Shown piece after piece: positions 25,618 to 34,695 of a stretch of DNA of 64,000 nucleotides (within the stretch, counting starts at the first letter, position 1; each line of letters opens with the position of its first letter). A model generated the notes under the pieces. It worked only from the letters and a program-made list of their open reading frames with translations. It ran no database searches and was not told where the DNA came from. This DNA comes from an uncultured Thermoplasmatales archaeon. GTDB lineage: Archaea > Thermoplasmatota > E2 > UBA202 > DSCA01. The DNA is taken from contig CAZESS010000002.1 in assembly GCA_964514975.1 (NCBI GenBank), positions 24,958-88,957 on the forward strand, written 5' to 3'. A program made the position numbers and the translations under genes.

Positions 25618-26799
25618 GACGGCCGGGATGGCCTCCAGGCGGCGGATGATCCGCTCGTAGCCCTTGCCCAATGTCCGGATGCGTATCTTGGCCATCATGT
25701 CATATTCGCCGGCCAGCGCCGACACCGATGCCACACCGCGGATACGCCAGATCTCGTCGAGCAGCTCGGCCATCCGGTAGCCAGGTCTTGCATTGATGAA
25801 CACATAGGCCTTGACCTCGGTCAGCGCAAACGAGGACACGCCCAGGATGACCAAGGTGATGCCCATGAGCTTGAACGCGAGCAGCGACGGCGACGCCGAA
25901 AACGAAAAATCAAGCACGCCGGACAGCGCCAGCGACAGCGGGATGCTGAAAATAATCGTCGACGCCTTGACCGCCTGGGTGATGCTGGCCTTGCCGATGC
26001 CCAGCGCCCGGATGTACAGGATGTATGAAAAAAAGATGACGGCCATCGTGGCAGCCAGCCGGGGAAACGTGTCGCCGACGGTTGCCAGTGCCTGATGGAA
26101 AAAGGCGGGCCGGTAGAGGTAGACCGCCACGGTGATCATCCCCGCCGTGAACAAAACGTTCCATGTCCTGATGTTGACGGCGTCGTTCGGCCGGTCGTCG
26201 ACGACTAAATGTTTGAGCTTTCGCTGGTAGACCGCCAAAACGACCCATGCCGGGTTCATCACCAGAAAGATGACGAGCAATGCATCGACGTTCAGCGAGC
26301 CGGTCAGCGACATCGCCGCCATGATGGCGCCGAAGGTCACGATGACCGATGACTCTATCTCGGCCAGCGTCGGCGCGTCTTTTTCCGACAGCGACTCCGC
26401 GACCAGCAGATACAAAATGACGATCTGGAAAAACGGGAGCACCGTCGACGGGTCAACAAACACCGATACCAGATAAAAATGCGACAATGTTACCACGGTG
26501 TTGCCAAGCCCCGCGAGCACATGGTACCCGAGCTCATGCCGGCGGAGCATACGCAGCCGGCGGAACGAGGGATCAACCCGGGCGCCCAGGCTCCGGCCCT
26601 TCCAGGGCAGCGAGAGCACGCCGGCGATGGTCAGCGTGACCGGTATCCCGGCCACCATGACCGCCATCCCGAACACCCATGAGTTCTCTATGTAGAGATG
26701 AGAAATGATGCCGTCCAGCGACGCAGAAATGGCGCCCAGCACCGAGGAGACCAGGAGCAGCACGTAGAACAGGTATTTTTTCCTGATGCGAAGGTTCAT
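25570..26799 (-). CDS. polytopic membrane protein (EamA/DMT-like, about 10 TM) fused to C-terminal Lrp/AsnC-type ligand-binding (RAM) domain
   Basis: Multiple TM helices; C-terminal 'AELLDEIWRIRGVASVSALAGEYDMMAKIRIRTLGKGYERIIRRLEAIPAVEEF' resembles the AsnC C-domain. Confidence 0.5.
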   Translation of the reverse strand: MNLRIRKKYLFYVLLLVSSVLGAISASLDGIISHLYIENSWVFGMAVMVAGIPVTLTIAGVLSLPWKGRSLGARVDPSFRRLRMLRRHELGYHVLAGLGNTVVTLSHFYLVSVFVDPSTVLPFFQIVILYLLVAESLSEKDAPTLAEIESSVIVTFGAIMAAMSLTGSLNVDALLVIFLVMNPAWVVLAVYQRKLKHLVVDDRPNDAVNIRTWNVLFTAGMITVAVYLYRPAFFHQALATVGDTFPRLAATMAVIFFSYILYIRALGIGKASITQAVKASTIIFSIPLSLALSGVLDFSFSASPSLLAFKLMGITLVILGVSSFALTEVKAYVFINARPGYRMAELLDEIWRIRGVASVSALAGEYDMMAKIRIRTLGKGYERIIRRLEAIPAVEEFNWQSILKEWEEI

Positions 26800-27044
26800 A
26801 CTGCTATCTCTTTCTCGATCACCGTCGTCGTCGTCCGCTTGATGTTGCCGACCATCTGGATACGGTCGGTGATCTCCATCAGCTCCTCCAGCGACTCGAC
26901 GGCGACCTTGACGATGACGTCGTAGTCGCCCGCGGTGACCGCGATGCTCTCGATGTTGTCGATGCCCCGCAGCTTGCTGAGCACCTCCTCGAGCTTGCCG
27001 ACATAGACCAGGATCATGATATAGGCCTTTATCACCATAGACAC
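26796..27044 (-). CDS. stand-alone Lrp/AsnC ligand-binding (RAM) domain protein
   Basis: 82 aa; 'IESIAVTAGDYDVIVKVAVESLEELMEITDRIQMVGNIKRTTTTVI'; ATGA overlap with downstream transporter gene. Confidence 0.55.
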   Translation of the reverse strand: MSMVIKAYIMILVYVGKLEEVLSKLRGIDNIESIAVTAGDYDVIVKVAVESLEELMEITDRIQMVGNIKRTTTTVIEKEIAV

Positions 27045-27508
27045 CTCGGCATGGTATAGCCCGCGGTATTTAAAACATTGCCCGGTTTTTCAAGGCTCCG
27101 GTGCAAGCAGGTCCGCCAGCTCAATCGTCCGATACGGCACCATGCATGGATGCCCCGGACATACGGGGCGTAGCGGTCGCGAAGCAGAGCTGCCTCCTGT
27201 CGGCCATGGTCGTACCATGACGATGCCGTGATATGTGTTACCGGAGCCCCGGTGTCTGCCTCGCCGTGGGTTTCCGGGGTATAGGGGACAGGACTGCCGG
27301 ATGGCTCGCGGTCATCCCGGCATTGCCAGGCGGGCTGCTGCATCGTGGCCAGCGGCATGAGGAGCATTAATAGGATGGCGGCCACGACGACGTGTCTATG
27401 GCGCATGGACACCTGTTTCCATCCCGGGCATTCAATGTGGTGGACGCCACCGTGGTTATAACCGTTGCCGGTGCAGGTATGATACGGAGCCTGCCCTGGA
27501 TGCGACAC
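27032..27508 (-). CDS. hypothetical protein (possible signal/TM at internal Met 'MRHRHVVVAAILLMLLMPLA')
   Basis: ORF-track only; no motif; true start uncertain. Confidence 0.2.
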   Translation of the reverse strand: MSHPGQAPYHTCTGNGYNHGGVHHIECPGWKQVSMRHRHVVVAAILLMLLMPLATMQQPAWQCRDDREPSGSPVPYTPETHGEADTGAPVTHITASSWYDHGRQEAALLRDRYAPYVRGIHAWCRIGRLSWRTCLHRSLEKPGNVLNTAGYTMPRCLW

Positions 27509-27522
27509 ATATTTAAACGATT

Positions 27523-28161
27523 GTGGTTTATTTGGGAACGATGATACATCCCCGGTGGAAGGAAGCCGAGTTCGAGGAAATCGAGTACGAGCCGACCAGC
27601 ATCAAGGAACTGCTCGTGGAGATGAAAAACATCTCCGAGCTCATGATCGACCTTGCCTACTCGGCCATCTTGTTCAACAGCGAGGAGATCGCCGAGGAGG
27701 TCAAATATCTCGAAGTCCAGATGGACAAGCTCAACTACCACATGCGCATCATGGCGATGCTCGCCGCCCGCGACAAGGAGGACGCTGAGCAGCTGGCGGG
27801 CATCCTGCAGATGAGCGAAGCAGCCACCGCGATATCCGACGCGGCGGGGGACATCGTCAAGCTGCTGTCGGTCAAGCTGTCGAGCCCCCTGCTGCCACGG
27901 CTGCTCCGCGAATCCGCCGAGATGATACGACGGATGACCATCACCTCCGAGTCGAAGGCCATCGGCCACCGGATACCCGAGCTCCATGTCGCCTCCGAGA
28001 CAGGCGTCCGCATCGTCGCGCTCCGCCGGGGAAAACACTGGCTGTACAATCCCGAGGATGTCACCCTGCGGGAGGACGATGTGGTCATCGGTGTCGGCCC
28101 CGAGGAGGGGCTCGCGCAGCTCGAAGATTTTTTCAGGGGGGATGAGGAGGGGCTGGAATGA
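27523..28161 (+). CDS. PhoU-like + TrkA-C domain protein (putative K+/transport regulator), paralog 1
   Basis: N-terminal helical PhoU-like repeats; C-terminal TrkA-C-like 'IGHRIPELHVASETGVRIVALRRGKHWLYNPEDVTLREDDVVIGVG'. Confidence 0.5.
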   Translation: MVYLGTMIHPRWKEAEFEEIEYEPTSIKELLVEMKNISELMIDLAYSAILFNSEEIAEEVKYLEVQMDKLNYHMRIMAMLAARDKEDAEQLAGILQMSEAATAISDAAGDIVKLLSVKLSSPLLPRLLRESAEMIRRMTITSESKAIGHRIPELHVASETGVRIVALRRGKHWLYNPEDVTLREDDVVIGVGPEEGLAQLEDFFRGDEEGLE

Positions 28162-28739
28162 GCGAGCAGGAGGCCCAGGAAATGCTCAGGGACATGAAGG
28201 AAAAAGCTGCCTTCATGGTCGACCTTGCCTATTCATCGGTTCTCTACGACAACCGTGACCTGGCTGAGGAGGTCTACGAGCTCGAGGAATTCGTCGACGA
28301 TCTCAACGACCGGTTTCAGCAGATGGCCATCCGGGATGTGAAAACCGACGAGCTGGACGTCAGCGAGGCACTGTCGATGATACAGCTCGCGATGTGCTCG
28401 GAGATGATCGCCGATGGCGCCCGTGCGATCGCCGACGTGCAGCTCCGGGATGTCGAGCTGCATCCCATCGTCAGGGAGAGCATCATGGAGTCAAACGAGG
28501 TGTTCGTCCGCGCCACCATCGACCCGTCGTCGGTGCTGGCCGGCCGGTCGCTCGGGGAAATGGAGCTGGCCTCGGAAACCGGGATGTGGGTCATCGCTCT
28601 CAAGCGAGCCGGCAGGTGGACCTACGACATCGGCAGGGACACCCTGCTCCAGCCCGATGACGTGGTTCTCGCTCGTGGCGCCCGCGAGGGCATGGAGCAT
28701 TTCCGGGCGCTTACCACTGGCGTCGACCGGGAGATATAG
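28158..28739 (+). CDS. PhoU-like + TrkA-C domain protein, paralog 2
   Basis: Same architecture; 'LAGRSLGEMELASETGMWVIALKRAGRWTYDIGRDTLLQPDDVVLARG'; 4-nt overlap with paralog 1. Confidence 0.5.
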   Translation: MSEQEAQEMLRDMKEKAAFMVDLAYSSVLYDNRDLAEEVYELEEFVDDLNDRFQQMAIRDVKTDELDVSEALSMIQLAMCSEMIADGARAIADVQLRDVELHPIVRESIMESNEVFVRATIDPSSVLAGRSLGEMELASETGMWVIALKRAGRWTYDIGRDTLLQPDDVVLARGAREGMEHFRALTTGVDREI

Positions 28740-28742
28740 GGG

Positions 28743-30158
28743 TTACAGGCCGTATTTGAAAATCCATGCCATGTAGCCGTCGTCGCCGACATTGCCCACC
28801 GCTCCGGCGTTGATCTCCATGACGCCGTCGTTGTCCATGTCGCCGACCGAGGTAACCGCGAGCATCCCGTAGGTATCCTCAATGACGTGCTCTTCCTCAT
28901 AGGTTTCGCCGTTCCACCCAAGGATGTGGACCAGGTCGGTGCCGACGCAGACCTCGGCGCTGCCGTCACCGTCGACGTCGCCGATGTCGATGGCCTCGAT
29001 GGTGTCCATCTCCCGCTGCCAGACCCGGTCCCATTTTTGCTGGTAGCCGGTGCCGTTCCATTCCCATATCTGGAGCTCGGGGTGCCGGAAGGTGATGTGT
29101 ATCTCCGGCCGGCCATCGTCGTCGCTGTCCTTGGATACCAGACCGAACACGTGATGGTCGAACTCGGCTATCTCCGTCGCGACGAAGCCGTCGCCTGTCC
29201 AGTCGAGCACGACGCCGCGGTGGCCCGGCCCGACAACGGTTTCGTTGTCGCCGTCGTCGTCCACGTCGGCAATCCAGGGGAAAAACACGGAGCCGCCGCT
29301 GGGGTCGCTCCACGATGCCTCTTTCACAAACTCGTCGCCGTTCCACCCCAGGGCGATGACCTCAGGCACGCCGCGGTAGCCGCCGGTCACGATGATTTCG
29401 TTGTCGCCATCGTTGTCATAGTCGCCGACCACGCAGTCCAGGGTGGTGCCCGACTGCCCCTCGTTTTCGTCGACGATGATGTAGCGGCCCATCAGCGTGT
29501 AGCGCCAGCCGTTCCATTCAAAGGCCGAGAAATGGTTGCCCCATGCCACGCCGATCTCGTTGTCGCCATCGTTGTCCAGGTCGGCGATGGAGAAGCCGGT
29601 GGCGGAGCCAAAGGGCTGGGGTACCCGGTGGTAGTCGCCGAACAGGTTGAGCCAGACGCCGTAGCCGATGCCGAACACCGGGTCCACGATTTTCTGCTGC
29701 TCGTAATATGTTCCCGATGCCATGTCGTATTTCATGACCCGCATGAACGGGTCGCGGCCGCCGATGAGCAGCTCATTTTTCCCGTCGTTGTCAGCGTCGC
29801 CGACAGGCTGCGGGCCCTCGTAGCGGGCGCTCCACTGCGGCCATGGACCATAGTCCCGCTGCCATTGCACCCCGTAGGTGTCATCTACCCCTGATGGTAC
29901 AGGAGCGCCATCGCCGTTGTGATGCAGCGCTGCTGCATCGTCCTGCTGCGTGGTTGCGGGCAGTGACAGCACAACGGCGTTCAATGCAAATAGGAGGAGT
30001 ACGGCCAGCGTGACTGCTTTTCCTTTCATGGTAACAGGGAATGCGATGGCCAAATTATAACGTTTATGCTGGGGCTGCCATCGCTGCACCGTCAAAATCG
30101 TGCAAGATGAGAGGGAGTGAGGTGTAGGCCGTAACCCCCCTTCTGTTCTAGGCGGCAT
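28743..30158 (-). CDS. secreted FG-GAP/integrin-alpha-like beta-propeller repeat protein
   Basis: Signal peptide; repeated 'DxDxDGxNE' Ca-binding FG-GAP motifs ('DNDGDNEI', 'DVDDDGDNE', 'DSDDDGRPE', 'DVDGDGSAE', 'DMDNDGVMEI'). Confidence 0.6.
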   Translation of the reverse strand: MPPRTEGGLRPTPHSLSSCTILTVQRWQPQHKRYNLAIAFPVTMKGKAVTLAVLLLFALNAVVLSLPATTQQDDAAALHHNGDGAPVPSGVDDTYGVQWQRDYGPWPQWSARYEGPQPVGDADNDGKNELLIGGRDPFMRVMKYDMASGTYYEQQKIVDPVFGIGYGVWLNLFGDYHRVPQPFGSATGFSIADLDNDGDNEIGVAWGNHFSAFEWNGWRYTLMGRYIIVDENEGQSGTTLDCVVGDYDNDGDNEIIVTGGYRGVPEVIALGWNGDEFVKEASWSDPSGGSVFFPWIADVDDDGDNETVVGPGHRGVVLDWTGDGFVATEIAEFDHHVFGLVSKDSDDDGRPEIHITFRHPELQIWEWNGTGYQQKWDRVWQREMDTIEAIDIGDVDGDGSAEVCVGTDLVHILGWNGETYEEEHVIEDTYGMLAVTSVGDMDNDGVMEINAGAVGNVGDDGYMAWIFKYGL

Positions 30159-30444
30159 TCACCTTGGCGTCCCACCTCCGAGCGGTCCCGAACAACCGAT
30201 CCCGGTATTTGGACTTGCTCCAGGATGGGGGCCGTTTCACCAGATCCCGCCGCAGCGTCATCCCCGCGGGAGTCATCCTCGCGGCGGGCTGTGTCGTTTC
30301 TGCTCCCCCATACGGGACTCTCGCCCCGGCTGTTACACACCTGGTTCGGGAACGAGGGAGGAGTTTCCTCAGCGCGAAGCCGTGAGCCGCGCACCTACTC
30401 CTCACTCCCGTCGAAGGATAGCCACAGGGATATAAATGCTTTGT

Positions 30445-30715
30445 TCACCGCCTGCGCCGGAGTCGCTCGTATTCCCGCTCGGCTATCCGGTCGACGAAGC
30501 CGTGGCCCATGAAGGCCTCCATGAAATGCGCGGCGATGCCGATACCCCACCCGAACAATGGGAAAACAAACCAGGGGAAGCCGCCGCCGGTCGCCTACCA
30601 CAATACCGCCAGGAAGGCGTTGACCGCCAGGTAGACCGCGAGATGCACATAAAAATCGGCCTTCCGCTTGGCTCGCTCACGCGCCACACGACGGAGCTCC
30701 TCCTCGCTTTCCATA
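30445..30715 (-). pseudogene. 2TM-domain protein gene interrupted by in-frame TAG
   Basis: 'MESEEELRRVARERAKRKADFYVHLAVYLAVNAFLAVLW' + TAG(30595-30597) + 'ATGGGFPWFVFPLFGWGIGIAAHFMEAFMG...RRRR*'. The TAG falls between the two TM helices of a typical 2TM domain ('...TGGG..WF.WP..GWGIG'). Confidence 0.45.
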
Positions 30716-30786
30716 CACCGGCAACGAAGCTTTTTATAAAAACCTGCTGCTGCCAACGTTTTTAAAATCACTGGGCTTTCCCCGCT

Positions 30787-31461
30787 ATGAAGGAACAAAA
30801 GCGCATCGCATCCCATGCAGCCGTCCGCTACATCGAAAACGGCATGCGCGTCGGCCTGGGCACCGGGTCAACCGTCCGTTATGCAATCGAACGGCTCGGC
30901 GAACACATGGAGCAGGGACTCGACATCGTCGGCGTTGCCACCTCAAAGGAGACGGAACAACGAGCCCGGCAGGCCGGTATACCGCTCCAGGAGCTCGACG
31001 AACGATCCATTGACGTAACCATCGACGGTGCCGACCAGGTCGACCCATCATTGCAGCTCATCAAGGGCGGCGGCGGGGCCCTGCTCCGGGAAAAAATGGT
31101 CGCCGACCGCACGCAGCGGGAAATCATCGTCGTCGACGAGTCCAAGCTCGTGGAATCGTTCACGTTTCCTCTGCCCATAGAAGTCGTGCGATATGGATGG
31201 AAAAGCATTGCCGCCCGCCTCCGGGAGCAGGGGCTCGAGCCAGAGATGCGCCGGGACTACGAGACGGACAACGGCAACCCGGTCCTGGACTGCTCCTATG
31301 ATGAGCTCGGCGACCTGCATCGCCTGGCTGCCACGCTGAGCGGCATCCCCGGCGTCGTGGAGCACGGCCTGTTCCTTGACCTCGCCAGCATGGTCATCGT
31401 GGGCACCCCGGATGGAGCGAAAACTATTAGAAGGAAGCAGGGTATGGCACACACACCATGA
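30787..31461 (+). CDS. rpiA: ribose-5-phosphate isomerase A
   Basis: 'GMRVGLGTGSTVRYAIERLG', 'GVATSKETEQRARQAGIP', 'DGADQVD...KGGGGALLREK'. Confidence 0.85.
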   Translation: MKEQKRIASHAAVRYIENGMRVGLGTGSTVRYAIERLGEHMEQGLDIVGVATSKETEQRARQAGIPLQELDERSIDVTIDGADQVDPSLQLIKGGGGALLREKMVADRTQREIIVVDESKLVESFTFPLPIEVVRYGWKSIAARLREQGLEPEMRRDYETDNGNPVLDCSYDELGDLHRLAATLSGIPGVVEHGLFLDLASMVIVGTPDGAKTIRRKQGMAHTP

Positions 31462-32753
31462 CCATCATGCAGGAGGCGCAGCGCGGCGTTGTCACCGACG
31501 AGATCGAAGCGGTTGCCAGGGCGGAGCAACTCGATCCAGATATGGTGCGGCGGCGGGTCGCATCCGGCAGGGTCGTCATTCCCTGCAACCCCTCCCATGC
31601 GCCGCGGGCGCTCGGCATCGGCACGGGGCTGCGCGTCAAGGTCAACGCAAACATCGGCACCAGCCGCGAGCACTGCAAGCCCGACGAGGAGCTGGACAAG
31701 GCACGGGCGGCGCTCGACACCAAGGCCGACGCGATCATGGACCTGTCCACCGGGGGCGACCTTGATGCATTGCGCCGGCGGCTGCTCGACCTCGTCGACG
31801 TTCCGTTTGGCACGGTGCCCGTCTACCAGGCTGCCCTCGATGCAATCGACCGCCGGGGCGCCATCGTCGACATGACCTCTGATGACATCTTCAACGCGTT
31901 TCGCCGCCATGCCGAGCAGGGCGTGGATTTCACGGTGGCGCATGTCGGCGTCACCAGGCAGAGCGTGGAACGGCTGAGGCGGCAGCGGCGCCTCATCCCC
32001 ATGGTGAGCCGTGGCGGCGCGTTCCACATGGCATGGACTTTGCACAACGACAGGGAGAACCCGCTGTACGAGGAGTTCGACTATCTGCTTGAGATTGCCG
32101 GCGAGCACGACCTGACGTTGAGCCTGGGTGACGGCATGCGCTCCGGCGCCCTCTACGATTCCAACGACCGGGCGAAGTTCCAGGAGCTGCTCATCATCGG
32201 CGAGCTCGTCGAGCGCGCCCGCGAGGTCGGCGTCCAGAGCATGGTCGAGGGGCCCGGCCACATGCCGCTTTCGGACATCGAGCCCAACATCCGGGTGATG
32301 AAAAACGTGACGGGCGGGGCGCCCTATTTCGTGCTCGGCCCGCTGGTGACCGACATCGCGCCGGGCTACGACCATTTCGTCGGGGGCATCGGCGGCGCCA
32401 TCGCGGGCTACCACGGCGCCGACTTTTTGTGCTATGTTACGCCTGCCGAGCATCTGTCGCTACCCGACGCGGATGACGTCCGGCAGGGTGTCATCGCCTC
32501 GCGCATCGCCGCGCATGCCGCCAACCTCGCCCGGGGAATTGACCGGGATGTTGACCAGCAGTTTTCACGGGCGCGGAACGAGCTCGACTGGGACAAGATG
32601 TTCGAGCTGTGTATCGACCCCGAGCGGGCGAAGCAGTACCGGCGGCGGCGTGAGCCCACGGAGGACCCGCGCTCCTGTTCTATGTGCGGGCGGCTGTGCG
32701 CCATCGAGATGGTCGAGCAGTACCTCAAGGACGAGGGGAAAAAACATAAATAG
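31458..32753 (+). CDS. thiC: phosphomethylpyrimidine synthase ThiC
   Basis: 431 aa; ThiC-type conserved blocks and C-terminal Fe-S motif 'CSMCGRLCA'; ATGA overlap with rpiA. Confidence 0.85.
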   Translation: MTIMQEAQRGVVTDEIEAVARAEQLDPDMVRRRVASGRVVIPCNPSHAPRALGIGTGLRVKVNANIGTSREHCKPDEELDKARAALDTKADAIMDLSTGGDLDALRRRLLDLVDVPFGTVPVYQAALDAIDRRGAIVDMTSDDIFNAFRRHAEQGVDFTVAHVGVTRQSVERLRRQRRLIPMVSRGGAFHMAWTLHNDRENPLYEEFDYLLEIAGEHDLTLSLGDGMRSGALYDSNDRAKFQELLIIGELVERAREVGVQSMVEGPGHMPLSDIEPNIRVMKNVTGGAPYFVLGPLVTDIAPGYDHFVGGIGGAIAGYHGADFLCYVTPAEHLSLPDADDVRQGVIASRIAAHAANLARGIDRDVDQQFSRARNELDWDKMFELCIDPERAKQYRRRREPTEDPRSCSMCGRLCAIEMVEQYLKDEGKKHK

Positions 32754-32779
32754 CGGGCTACCATACCCACAGTGAAAAT

Positions 32780-32950
32780 ATGGTTACTGTCGAAGAGGAA
32801 CTCTGTCGGATAGAGATCGTGAAGGAGGGGAGCGAGTTCATCGCCAGGGCGCACACCCAGGCCGGCACCCGTGAGTACCGCAACACCATTTTTGAGGACA
32901 TGCTCCGCGAGCTGGTCATCGACCTTCAGGAAGAGTTCGGAGAATTCTGA
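32780..32950 (+). CDS. small hypothetical protein (56 aa)
   Basis: ATG-to-TGA frame 'MVTVEEELCRIEIVKEGSEFIARAHTQAGTREYRNTIFEDMLRELVIDLQEEFGEF'; below ORF-track length cutoff; sits between thiC and pop5. Confidence 0.3.
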   Translation: MVTVEEELCRIEIVKEGSEFIARAHTQAGTREYRNTIFEDMLRELVIDLQEEFGEF

Positions 32951-32953
32951 GAC

Positions 32954-33247
32954 ATGATAAAGGACCGGGTGGGCCGGCAGCGCTATATTTTGTTTTCCGT
33001 TCAGGGTGATGCGTCACGCCGTGATGTCATCCGGGCTATCAACGACGCTCATCACTCCATCGATGCCAGGGGGGAGGCACCGTGGCTGACCGTGTACACC
33101 GGCAGCTATGGCATCGTCCGCTGCAGCCATACCCGAAAAATGGAGACCATCCGGCTGCTCAACGACATCTCCAATGATTTTTCGCTGTCGACGGTGCAGA
33201 CGTCGGGGACCATCAAAACGCTCAAAAAGCAGATAGCAGCTCAGTAG
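32954..33247 (+). CDS. rnp2: RNase P protein component 2 (Pop5/Rnp2)
   Basis: 'RQRYILFSVQGD...RRDVIRAI...WLTVYTGSYGIVRCSHTRKMETIRLL...TSGTIKTLKK' parallels archaeal Pop5 ('RYIAFEV...GIVRCSH...TSGTI'). Confidence 0.75.
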   Translation: MIKDRVGRQRYILFSVQGDASRRDVIRAINDAHHSIDARGEAPWLTVYTGSYGIVRCSHTRKMETIRLLNDISNDFSLSTVQTSGTIKTLKKQIAAQ

Positions 33248-34635
33248 CTTTTCGCGAGGCGGAGCCAGTGTGCTGCCTTTGCGTCGCAGATGGCGCAGGC
33301 CCCCCCGCATGACTGTTCGGGTATCGGCGTGCCCAGCGATTTCATGCCCGTCTGTTCCTCCATCTCCAGGCCGCACTGTTCGCTGCCGCACCATGGCACC
33401 TCGATGATGCCGTCGCGCTGCTCGAGATGGTCGAGCCTTGCCATGTTGCCGTCCATGAATGATTGTGCTTGCGAGGCGATGCGCTCGTCGTATGCTTCAA
33501 GCTTCTCCGGTATCGCGTCGATGCTGTCGCGTTCCACCTGTGCTTTTTCGCCGTCCCTCGCTGCCAGGGTGACCACGTTGTTTTTGATGTCGCGGGGGCC
33601 GATCTCTATGCGGAGCGGAACGCCCTTGAGCTCCCAGGTGTAGAACTTGCTGCCCGGCGTCTCATCCCGCGTGTCGAGGTGGACCCTGATGCTGAGCGCT
33701 TCGAGCTCCTGCTGGACGGTGCGGCATTCCTCGAGCACCTGTTCCTCCTCTCCCTTGAAAATGATGGGGACGATGACGGCCTGGATGGGCGCGATGCTGG
33801 ATGGCAGGGCGATGCCGTTGTCGTCGCCGTGCATGCCCACGATGGCGCCGAGCACCCGTTCGGACATGCCGTAGGTGGTCTGATGGCAGTGCCGGTGCTC
33901 GCCCTGCTCGTCCTCGTAGGTGATGTCGAAGGGACGGGAAAAGTTTTCCCGGTATTGATGGATGGAGGCAACCTGGAGCACCCGCCTGGAGGGCATCAAA
34001 ACGTCGACGCCGATCGAGTAATGGGCGCCGGCGAACTTGTCCCAGTCGGGACGCCGGCTCATCAGATAGGGCAGGCAGAGCGCGTCCAGAAACCGCTCGG
34101 CGATGGCGAGGTCCTCCTGCACCTGCGCCTCTGCTGCCTCGTAGCTGCGGTGGCATGTATGTGCTTCAAAAAAATGGATCTCGCGGACGCGGATGAAGGC
34201 CTTGGTCATCTTGGTTTCGTAGCGGAACGTGTTGACGATCTGGTATGTTTTCAGGGGCAGGTCGGCGTGGCTTCGTATCCACAGGGCGAAGATGGTGTAC
34301 AGCGCCGTCTCCGACGTTGGGCGGAGCAGCAGCCGTTCGTCGAGCTCGTTGTCCCCGGCATGGGTGACCCAGAAGACCTCGGAGCCAAAGCCCGCAATGT
34401 GGTCGGCCTCTTTCTGGAAAAGCGTTTCGGGGACGAGCAATGGAAAGTTGACCTCCTGGTGACCGGTGGCACGCATCTCCCGCCGGATGTGTTCGTCGAT
34501 GTTGCGCATGGCCTCCCAGCCGTAGGGACGCCAGATGTTCATGCCCTTGACCGGGTAGCGCTTGTCGCAGAGCTCGGCCGCCTCGACGACCTCGTTGTAC
34601 CATTCGTCGAAATCATCGCTTTTTGTGATGTCCAT
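33241..34635 (-). CDS. proS: prolyl-tRNA synthetase (archaeal/eukaryal type)
   Basis: 464 aa; class II aaRS motifs and archaeal-type C-terminal domain ending in Tyr. Confidence 0.85.
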   Translation of the reverse strand: MDITKSDDFDEWYNEVVEAAELCDKRYPVKGMNIWRPYGWEAMRNIDEHIRREMRATGHQEVNFPLLVPETLFQKEADHIAGFGSEVFWVTHAGDNELDERLLLRPTSETALYTIFALWIRSHADLPLKTYQIVNTFRYETKMTKAFIRVREIHFFEAHTCHRSYEAAEAQVQEDLAIAERFLDALCLPYLMSRRPDWDKFAGAHYSIGVDVLMPSRRVLQVASIHQYRENFSRPFDITYEDEQGEHRHCHQTTYGMSERVLGAIVGMHGDDNGIALPSSIAPIQAVIVPIIFKGEEEQVLEECRTVQQELEALSIRVHLDTRDETPGSKFYTWELKGVPLRIEIGPRDIKNNVVTLAARDGEKAQVERDSIDAIPEKLEAYDERIASQAQSFMDGNMARLDHLEQRDGIIEVPWCGSEQCGLEMEEQTGMKSLGTPIPEQSCGGACAICDAKAAHWLRLAKSY

Positions 34636-34695
34636 CGGTGTGAAATGTCGTTCGTTTATTAAAGCTGACGGTTCTGTGCCAGCCGGGCGGAAAGA

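Noticed and set aside
30595-30597. Pyrrolysine (UAG-sense) interpretation of the in-frame amber codon in the 2TM gene
   Set aside because: TAG terminates roughly a third of the confidently called genes in this window (for example 5546, 6981, 7029, 10657, 10876, 12951, 22146, 25570, 28739, 32753). A genome-wide amber-recoding host is therefore unlikely. Retained only as a pseudogene/readthrough finding.
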